From an uncultured Alphaproteobacteria bacterium (lineage in GTDB: Bacteria; Electryoneota; RPQS01), in the NCBI GenBank assembly GCA_964587105.1, contig CAZPKG010000001.1, forward strand, positions 115,508 to 179,507: 64,000 bases of DNA, in the 5' to 3' direction. A program made the translations under genes and the position numbers. Under the pieces are notes generated by a model. The model was not told the origin of the DNA. It saw only the letters and a list, made by a program, of their open reading frames with translations, and did no database searches. The first letter of the stretch is position 1. Every line of letters begins with the position of its first letter. Positions 57,355 to 64,000 of this stretch are shown here, piece after piece.

Positions 57355-58155
57355 CTATAGGTTCAAACGTATTCTTCTTAACTCCGCTTTCGAGCCTGCC
57401 CCAATCTCAAACTTTGCGCCGTCGAGTGTGTACCATTCACTCACACCTTGCACAGGCGAAAACGGACGCGGCAGATAGAGCGTCGTGCTCGGTGTCCCGC
57501 ACATCCCCAACAGCAACAGCCGCTCACCTTTTTGATTGCGGCACAGATCCATCACCATCCCCACCCAACTCTCCTTTTCGTTGCGCAGCGCGACAATCAA
57601 ATCGCCAATCGCAATCGAATCGTCGGTAATTGCCTGCGTCTCGCGTCGTAGAGCAATCGCACCCATCTCTTCGGCAACAAAACTCAAATAGCGTTCGTAG
57701 TTGTCTGCGCTTCCGTCGGGCGTCGTTTGCTGGACGAATGTGTAACGTCCGCCGCTTTTCTTGGGCCGCAATCCGTCGAACCAATCACTCCAGCGCGCCG
57801 CCTGTCCATTATCAAGCGGAAAGGCAATGTCCCCGCGTCGCGCGTGTTCCCACAGATAGCTCCCCCACAACCGCACAATCCCGTCCACACCAACGTCGCG
57901 CAAATTGCTGAACGGCTGAATCGGCGTTTTGCCGATTACATTCTCATCACAGAGCAGCGTTTTGCCGTCGCCGGCGAGCATATCTCCCACAGGAGAAAGC
58001 CGCGTGTCGCGCAAGGTCTTCGCAAAATCACCCGCGACTTTGCCCACACGATCGTAACCCGGCGGAGTCTGAATATCGCCGATGGTCTGTGCAAAGCTTG
58101 ATGCGAACCCGATACTCAGAAGCAATGCCGCGATGAGAAGTTTCATGATGTTCAC
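57355..58155 (-). CDS. Secreted hypothetical protein
   Basis: Signal peptide MNIMKLLIAALLLSIGFASSFAQ. It overlaps the upstream TauE gene by 4 nt (operonic). Confidence 0.55.
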   Translation of the reverse strand: MNIMKLLIAALLLSIGFASSFAQTIGDIQTPPGYDRVGKVAGDFAKTLRDTRLSPVGDMLAGDGKTLLCDENVIGKTPIQPFSNLRDVGVDGIVRLWGSYLWEHARRGDIAFPLDNGQAARWSDWFDGLRPKKSGGRYTFVQQTTPDGSADNYERYLSFVAEEMGAIALRRETQAITDDSIAIGDLIVALRNEKESWVGMVMDLCRNQKGERLLLLGMCGTPSTTLYLPRPFSPVQGVSEWYTLDGAKFEIGAGSKAELRRIRLNL

Positions 58156-58880
58156 TCAAAGAAAAATAGAAAACGAATACCGACGCCTGCCAACACTGCG
58201 AGCATGATCCCCTTAAAGACACGTGCCCGCATCCGCGATACCAGCACCTTCCCGAAATAAGAACCCGCAACCATCAGAACCATCAGAGGCAAAAGTAGCA
58301 AATAATCATTCAGCGTAAATAGCGAAGCGCCGCTCCACACAATCAATTTCGCGATGTGCGTTCCCGCCGTTGAAAGCGCTTCGGTAGCAAGAAAACTCTC
58401 TTTCATCAATCCGTAGCGCAGGAAATACGGAGCGAGAATGAGTCCTGATCCGCCGACCACTGCGCTTGAAATGCCCGCCGGAACGCCAATCACCGAGATT
58501 GAATGAATATTCGCACTCTTGGGCCACTGCACGCGCATGAAATTTAGCCCGACATAGATCAGTAAGTACGCACCGAGTATTTTCGCAATCCAGAACGCCG
58601 GAAGATACGCATACGCCAGCGCTCCGAGAGCCGCTGCGGGCATTCCTGTAATCAAGAACGCGCGCACGACCTTCCAATCCACGAAGTCTCGTGCAAACCA
58701 CGCGCGCGAGAAATTGCCGGCCAGCAACAGCAGGGAAAGATAAGGCACGGCGAGCTTCATGCCGACAATCTCAGCGAGAATCGGCAAGTAAATCATGCCG
58801 CCGCCGACGCCTGCAATCCCCGATACAGTCGAGGCCAACAGCGCGCCGGCGGCCAATATGACGTAATCTGTTACCGGCAA
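58152..58880 (-). CDS. TauE/SafE family sulfite/anion exporter (membrane protein)
   Basis: Duplicated 4-TM halves with G.GGG..(Y/I)LP(I/A)L motifs, 242 aa. Confidence 0.8.
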   Translation of the reverse strand: MPVTDYVILAAGALLASTVSGIAGVGGGMIYLPILAEIVGMKLAVPYLSLLLLAGNFSRAWFARDFVDWKVVRAFLITGMPAAALGALAYAYLPAFWIAKILGAYLLIYVGLNFMRVQWPKSANIHSISVIGVPAGISSAVVGGSGLILAPYFLRYGLMKESFLATEALSTAGTHIAKLIVWSGASLFTLNDYLLLLPLMVLMVAGSYFGKVLVSRMRARVFKGIMLAVLAGVGIRFLFFFE

Positions 58881-58884
58881 AAGA

Positions 58885-60303
58885 TCAACCGCCGCCCGCT
58901 CCCGCCGACTGCATATCCGGATCGGTCAAACGGCGCGGATCAAGAATTTCTTTCAATTGCTCTTCGGTCAGAAGTTTGTGCTCACGAATCAGATCAACAA
59001 TCGAGCGGCCTGTTTTCACGGACTCTTTGGCCAAATCCGCGGCCTTCGCATAACCAATGTAAGGATTCATAATCGTAGCCATACCGACCGACGATTCAAA
59101 ATACATCCGGCAGCGCTCACGATCAACCGTGATGCCTTCGATGCAGCGCTTGCTGAACACTTCCATTGACGTGCTCAAGATATGCAAGGCCTGCTGCAAA
59201 TTGTAATTCACAACCGGCATCATCACATTCAAATCCATCTGACCGGCTTGCGCGCAATAGGCGACAGTCTGATCAAACCCAACAACCTGATAGCAAACTT
59301 GATTCATCATTTCAGCCATTGAAGGATTCACCTTACCCGGCATGATCGAAGAACCCGGCTGCACGGCGGGCAGATAGATTTCCTGCAATCCTGTGCGCGG
59401 CCCACTACTCAGATAGCGAATATCCGAAACAATCTTGCCAAGTTCAAGCGCAAGTAATCTCAAAGCTGACGAGAAATGCAGGAAGTCACCCAAACTTTGT
59501 GTCACTTCAAACAAATTCTCAGCAGGCTTAAAGGCGATACCTGTACGCGCCGAAATTTCTTTTGCCACCCGCACGCGATATTCAGGATGAGCATTCATTC
59601 CCGTCCCGGCAGCTGTTCCGCCGAGATTCAGTTGGCGCAAACCTGCTTCAGCTTCAATCAGTCGCTCGCGGCAACGGCGCATGATCGAGGCATAACCGCC
59701 AAACTCTTGACCCAAGCGTATTGGCACGGCGTCTTGTAAATGCGTGCGCGCGCTCTTAATTACGTCGTCAAACTCAGCGGCCTTTTTGTCAAGCGCGGCG
59801 ATAACCATGTCAACCGATTTCAACAAGTCGGGAAACTTCAAACTCAACCCGATGCGAATCGCGGCGGGGTAGGTGTCGTTCGTTGACTGCGCCATGTTGA
59901 CATGGTCGTTCGGATTTACTTTGCTGTAATCTCCGCGCTTCAAACCCATCAGTTCTGCCGCGCGATTGGCAATCACCTCGTTGACGTTCATGTTCGTCGA
60001 GGTGCCCGCGCCGGCCTGATAAACATCAACTGCAATCTCATTCGCGAGTTTACCCGCAAGCATTTCATCTGACGCAGATATAATCGCGTTTGCCTGTTCG
60101 TCCGTCAGCAAGTGCAAGTCACGGTGGACGACGGCTGCCGAGCGTTTGATTGTCACATATGCTCTTATAAATACCGGATGCGGCCGCAATCCCGAAATTG
60201 GATAGTTGGCCACAGCGCGCGCCGTTTGCACGCCGTAGTAGGCATTCGCCGGAACCTGCAGTTCACCGAGCGAGTCCTTTTCAATTCTAAATTCGCTGCT
60301 CAT
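58885..60303 (-). CDS. aspA: Aspartate ammonia-lyase (aspartase/fumarase superfamily)
   Basis: GSSIMPGKVNP signature. It is closer to aspartase than to fumarase C: QAGAGTSTNMN, NPNDHVN..QSTNDTYP, and KVNPSMAEMMNQVCYQVVGFD aligned against aspartase VNQVCFKVIGND. Confidence 0.75.
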   Translation of the reverse strand: MSSEFRIEKDSLGELQVPANAYYGVQTARAVANYPISGLRPHPVFIRAYVTIKRSAAVVHRDLHLLTDEQANAIISASDEMLAGKLANEIAVDVYQAGAGTSTNMNVNEVIANRAAELMGLKRGDYSKVNPNDHVNMAQSTNDTYPAAIRIGLSLKFPDLLKSVDMVIAALDKKAAEFDDVIKSARTHLQDAVPIRLGQEFGGYASIMRRCRERLIEAEAGLRQLNLGGTAAGTGMNAHPEYRVRVAKEISARTGIAFKPAENLFEVTQSLGDFLHFSSALRLLALELGKIVSDIRYLSSGPRTGLQEIYLPAVQPGSSIMPGKVNPSMAEMMNQVCYQVVGFDQTVAYCAQAGQMDLNVMMPVVNYNLQQALHILSTSMEVFSKRCIEGITVDRERCRMYFESSVGMATIMNPYIGYAKAADLAKESVKTGRSIVDLIREHKLLTEEQLKEILDPRRLTDPDMQSAGAGGG

Positions 60304-60324
60304 GATCTTTTTGTTTCTGATATG

Positions 60325-61356
60325 TTATTCGTTGGCAACGCTGTATGGAAGGGTTAGGTTGTCACGAGTTTCTCCGGTTAACTCAAACATGCGGTTTAGC
60401 GCCATGCGTGCCCGCGACCGCACGGGTTCATCAACTTCAATCTGGAATCTATTTTGAAGCAACGATTGCTCGACGTCGTCAAGCGAAATCGCCTTCATAA
60501 AACGGCAGATTTTACAAGCTCGGTAAAAATGTTTGTCCGGCACATTAATTTGCAATAAGTCGGACAATCCGCATTCTGTTACAGCAAGAAAATTCGTAGC
60601 GTCACTCGCCTGCGCATATTCAACCATCCCCGAAGTCGAGAGCGCAGCGTCGGCGAGCGCGACCACGTCGTCGCGGCACTCGGGGTGAACAAGAATCTTG
60701 ATTCCCGGAATCTCTCTGCGCATCGTCATCACCGTTTCAGGAGTGATTTGATGATGCACATAACAATACCCGTCCCAAGCGATGATTGTCTTATCCGGGA
60801 CATGTAACGCGACGTGCCGGGCAAGATTCTGGTCGGGAATAAAAAGAATGTGCTGGCTTTCGAGAGCGCGCACGACTGAAACCGCATTGGAACTTGTGCA
60901 ACAAGCGTCGGACTGCGCTTTGACTTCCGCCGTTGTGTTGACATAGGTCACCACTTGCAAATCAGGATAGGTCTTGCGCAATTCAGCAACGCGCTTGGCG
61001 ACATCCGGACCTGTGGCCATATCCGCGAGCGAACAGCCAGCAGCGAGATTGGGAAGAAGCACAACTTTTTCAGGATTGACAATCTTAGCCGTTTCGGCCA
61101 TGAAGTGCACGCCGCAGAAAACGATCACGTCGGCGTTCTTTACTTCAGCGGCTTTCAGCGACAAGCCAAGAGAATCGCCGAGAAAATCCGCAACTTCAAA
61201 TATTTCGGGACGCTGGTAGTTATGAGCAAGCACAACGGCGTTGCGCTCTTGCTTGAGCCGCTTAATGCGCTCAATTGCCGCAAGCATGGGTGTAACGCGA
61301 TCCTCCGAGTAGAATTCGGGATCGAGGCCGTGAAGTTTTTCGTAAAGCGTGTTCAT
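60325..61356 (-). CDS. nadA: Quinolinate synthase A
   Basis: VVLAHNYQ, FCGVHFMAE, HPEC and conserved Cys ligands, 343 aa. Confidence 0.9.
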   Translation of the reverse strand: MNTLYEKLHGLDPEFYSEDRVTPMLAAIERIKRLKQERNAVVLAHNYQRPEIFEVADFLGDSLGLSLKAAEVKNADVIVFCGVHFMAETAKIVNPEKVVLLPNLAAGCSLADMATGPDVAKRVAELRKTYPDLQVVTYVNTTAEVKAQSDACCTSSNAVSVVRALESQHILFIPDQNLARHVALHVPDKTIIAWDGYCYVHHQITPETVMTMRREIPGIKILVHPECRDDVVALADAALSTSGMVEYAQASDATNFLAVTECGLSDLLQINVPDKHFYRACKICRFMKAISLDDVEQSLLQNRFQIEVDEPVRSRARMALNRMFELTGETRDNLTLPYSVANE

Positions 61357-61365
61357 CGTAGCTGG

Positions 61366-63552
61366 CTATCCATTCAGGAATCGACGGAGATTCTTGCCCG
61401 TCAGATTAAACATATCGTCGCGCGAAAAGCCGGCTTCATAGAGCTTTCTGATTGCCGCCTTCTGATCGCTTTCGCGCATGTCATCGAATGATTCACCGAA
61501 GTTCAGGTGGACATAACGCTGACGACTGGCGCGGATGGATTCAATTTGTTCGAGCGTGGGTTCGCTGTCCACGTCAATCAAAAGCAGCGCAGAGCTAACT
61601 AAAAGCGAATCTCGAATTTCTTTGGGCGCTTCGGCAAATTTCGCGAGCGATGACGTGACAATGGATTGCGAACCCCATCGCTGCACGCGGGGAGACGTAT
61701 TGTAATCAATCGGAATCAGCGCGTAAACTCCGGCGGCCTTCAAAGTCTTAAACGTCTCCTCTGACATCGCGAGTTTAGTTGCTTCGGCACCGGGGGTCAA
61801 ATGAACGAGCGAGAGCCCCATTTTTGTTAGAGTCACAATGTCCTGCAGCGGGCGTTTTTGCAATCCTACTTCAGGAATTGCGATCATTACGCCTTGTTTC
61901 AGTTCATTCAGCTTGTTTACGGCATCTTTTAGTCCCGTGCTCGTAATCTCTTTACCGGAGCAGTATGTGTGCAGATGCGCCGCGCTGCTAATGAGTTCAG
62001 TAATCGGCGTGGAAGAGTTATGCGGCAACCAGGCTGCTTCGATTGAAGGCGAAGATTTGACGGTGCCCGTTTTGTCAACGAAAAAGCCGTCGATGTCAAG
62101 AGTTGTAGCGTACCGCGTGATCACACGAATCGAATCTGAGCGCGCGGCGAGTGACTGCTGTTGTGTTCCGAGATGGCGAATGAGCGCCTCGGCTTGTGTG
62201 CCAACAGTTTTGAATGACTCGACATTCAACCAGCCGCCATCGTCGCAGAAGTGATGATAGAACGGATGGCTGCCGCTTGACCAAAAGGCAATTCCCGGCG
62301 CGCCAAACTCCGCGAATGGCGCATAATCACTCGCACCTTCGCCGTCGTACATCGAGAGCTTTGAAGGTTTCGCCGCGTGTGATATCGAATCCGCCCACGC
62401 ACGGCCAATCGATCCGAGTTGCTCGAGACCGGTTATTGCCGAACCGCCATCGCCTTGACCAACCATGTCAAAATTGAGCATGGCGACAATGTTACCAAAC
62501 GGGACGGTCGGTTGTTCAACGAAATGCTTGCTGCCGAGCAAGCCGTCTTCTTCGCCCGTAAACCAGATAAACATGACCGAGCGCTTAAGCGCCGGGCCTT
62601 CTGCAATCGCGCGCGCAAGTTCGGCGATCAATCCGCTGCCGGATGCATTATCACCTGCGCCGTTGTAGATAATCTTGTTGGCGTTTATTCCGCAATGATC
62701 AAGGTGCGCGCCGACGACGATAATCTCATTTTTCAAGACGGCGTCTGTGCCAAACTTCATTGCGCAGACATTCCGACCGGTTTTGCCTTTGATCTGCTTG
62801 TTGCCAATGGTCAGCGAAACTTGTTTGCCCGTGTTCAGCGGAGCGACGTCCTTTTGAATTTTGTCCTGATAACTCTTGATCGAATAGCCTGTGTTTTCGA
62901 GCAGGACTTGCAAGACTCGATCTCCAATGTAAATCATTGGGAAAGAGGGGTCGTAACTCTTTTCAGGAATCGCCGCACCGTTAACCGGCATTGAGCGATC
63001 GTGCCACATGACACCGACTGCGCCGCGCTGCTTGGCCCATTCCATCATACGCGAACGGCGGTTCTCCTCGGCGAAACTGTAGGGACTCTTCGGTTCGCCG
63101 CGCAGGATCACGACGATTTTGCCATCAACGTCAACATCGCCATAGTCGTTGTGGCCTTTTTCTTCCGAAAACAAACCGTGTCCGACAATTACCGCTTCCG
63201 TGTTGACATATTTTGAACCCGTGTGAGTAACGAGATTGAAATCGAGTCCCTGTACGAACGTGATTTTGCCGAGTTCGCTGCCCGTGATGGACATGGACGC
63301 GTTCTGCTCTTCTGTGACGAGCATCGGAACAGGTTGAAAGAAACCGTCCGTGCCCATGGGATCAAGCCCAAGTACTTTGCAATAATTTGCAATATACTCT
63401 TCAGCTTTTTGTCCGCCCGGATGACCGGAGCGGCGACCCTCGTATTTGTCACTCGCGAGTTCATTGGCGAAGTCAAACGCTTTTTTCCCGTCAAAGGACT
63501 GTGCAAATAGCGTTGATGCTGAAACGAGCGTGAGCAGAAATAGTTTAATCAT
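61366..63552 (-). CDS. Secreted M28-family zinc aminopeptidase with an additional roughly 330-aa C-terminal domain of uncertain identity
   Basis: Signal peptide [20 protein letters not shown]28 motifs [25 protein letters not shown]. The C-terminal half (...IDYNTSP...[10 protein letters not shown]...) has no motif I can place confidently. It overlaps the uvrA stop by 4 nt. Confidence 0.7.
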   Translation of the reverse strand: MIKLFLLTLVSASTLFAQSFDGKKAFDFANELASDKYEGRRSGHPGGQKAEEYIANYCKVLGLDPMGTDGFFQPVPMLVTEEQNASMSITGSELGKITFVQGLDFNLVTHTGSKYVNTEAVIVGHGLFSEEKGHNDYGDVDVDGKIVVILRGEPKSPYSFAEENRRSRMMEWAKQRGAVGVMWHDRSMPVNGAAIPEKSYDPSFPMIYIGDRVLQVLLENTGYSIKSYQDKIQKDVAPLNTGKQVSLTIGNKQIKGKTGRNVCAMKFGTDAVLKNEIIVVGAHLDHCGINANKIIYNGAGDNASGSGLIAELARAIAEGPALKRSVMFIWFTGEEDGLLGSKHFVEQPTVPFGNIVAMLNFDMVGQGDGGSAITGLEQLGSIGRAWADSISHAAKPSKLSMYDGEGASDYAPFAEFGAPGIAFWSSGSHPFYHHFCDDGGWLNVESFKTVGTQAEALIRHLGTQQQSLAARSDSIRVITRYATTLDIDGFFVDKTGTVKSSPSIEAAWLPHNSSTPITELISSAAHLHTYCSGKEITSTGLKDAVNKLNELKQGVMIAIPEVGLQKRPLQDIVTLTKMGLSLVHLTPGAEATKLAMSEETFKTLKAAGVYALIPIDYNTSPRVQRWGSQSIVTSSLAKFAEAPKEIRDSLLVSSALLLIDVDSEPTLEQIESIRASRQRYVHLNFGESFDDMRESDQKAAIRKLYEAGFSRDDMFNLTGKNLRRFLNG

Positions 63553-64000
63553 GCACCCGCCTCGACGATTCGGCGCTTGCCGTTGGATTGAGGAACGATA
63601 TTGCGCCGGGCTTCGAGTTCGAGTTTCAAATAGCGTCCAGTGTGACTTAACTTGTGTTTAGCGACGTCTTCGGGAGTACCGGCCACAAGAATTTCGCCGC
63701 CACGCTCACCGCCTTCGGGACCAAGGTCGATGATCCAATCGGCTGTCTTAATCACGTCCAAGTTATGCTCAATGACGAGAACTGTGTTGCCACGATCCAC
63801 GAGGGTGTGCAATACTTTCAACAGCAGCTTGATGTCGTGAAAATGCAGGCCGGTGGTTGGTTCATCGAGAATATAAATTGTGCGGCCAGTGGCGATGCGC
63901 GAGAGTTCCGTAGCGAGTTTGACGCGTTGCGCTTCGCCGCCGGAGAGCGTCGTGGCCTGTTGACCGAGGTGAATGTAGCCCAAACCGACTTCTTCGAGAG
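63549..64000 (-). CDS. uvrA: Excinuclease ABC subunit A, C-terminal portion (gene continues beyond the right edge)
   Basis: [15 protein letters not shown] signature, [10 protein letters not shown] Walker B, and [10 protein letters not shown] are UvrA C-terminal motifs. The start lies outside the window. Confidence 0.9.
   Translation of the reverse strand, partial: LEEVGLGYIHLGQQATTLSGGEAQRVKLATELSRIATGRTIYILDEPTTGLHFHDIKLLLKVLHTLVDRGNTVLVIEHNLDVIKTADWIIDLGPEGGERGGEILVAGTPEDVAKHKLSHTGRYLKLELEARRNIVPQSNGKRRIVEAGA

Noticed and set aside
60955-61491. 178-aa plus-strand ORF and similar ORFs (62419..62994, 47071..48518, 51327..51893, 53647..54114, 12418..12846, 33122..33574)
   Set aside because: All are antisense to strongly supported conserved genes (nadA, M28, trxB/lpdA, proS, ftsH, M32, tkt). 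They have no independent evidence.

Overview
This 64-kb window is a GC-rich chromosomal fragment (by eye, mid-to-high 50s %). Six proteins end in a canonical type IX secretion (T9SS/Por) C-terminal sorting domain (...YPNPFNP(T/S)T...K(V/M)(V/I)L(L/M)K). Genes use strong Shine-Dalgarno sites, with a recurrent 'GGAGGTGTCC(C)ATG' start context. Together this suggests a non-Bacteroidia member of the FCB superphylum (Ignavibacteria, Calditrichota or Gemmatimonadota-like), which I cannot confirm without searches.

Gene content is dense and mostly housekeeping:
- M32, M14 and M28 peptidases.
- A tkt-rpiB-tal pentose-phosphate operon.
- A complete seven-enzyme shikimate pathway in one operon, including an AroB-AroQ fusion.
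- trxB, lpdA, proS, cobO, ftsH, hisC, deoC, nadA, aspA, a beta-carbonic anhydrase and a partial uvrA.

The accessory, secreted component comprises:
- A 2802-aa T9SS cargo protein with about 26 tandem FN3-like repeats plus a 7-bladed FG-GAP beta-propeller.
- A 1628-aa parallel beta-helix protein.
- Two tandem paralogous BNR/Asp-box T9SS proteins with a duplicated promoter and 5' UTR.
- PD40/TolB-like propeller proteins.
- A TonB-dependent receptor plus lipoprotein pair.

I found no tRNA, rRNA, CRISPR array, transposase or integrase, and no recognisable defence system.

The most unusual sequence-level signals are two families of GC-rich palindromic REP-like elements placed immediately 3' of genes. 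One is a ~40-nt unit in inverted orientation 3' of two unrelated T9SS-cargo genes 35 kb apart, with a tandem second unit whose stem shows compensatory changes.

Other notable items are an Hpt-REC pair whose REC carries a C-terminal Cys4 (CxxC...CPxC) module, and a thioredoxin-NHL fusion.
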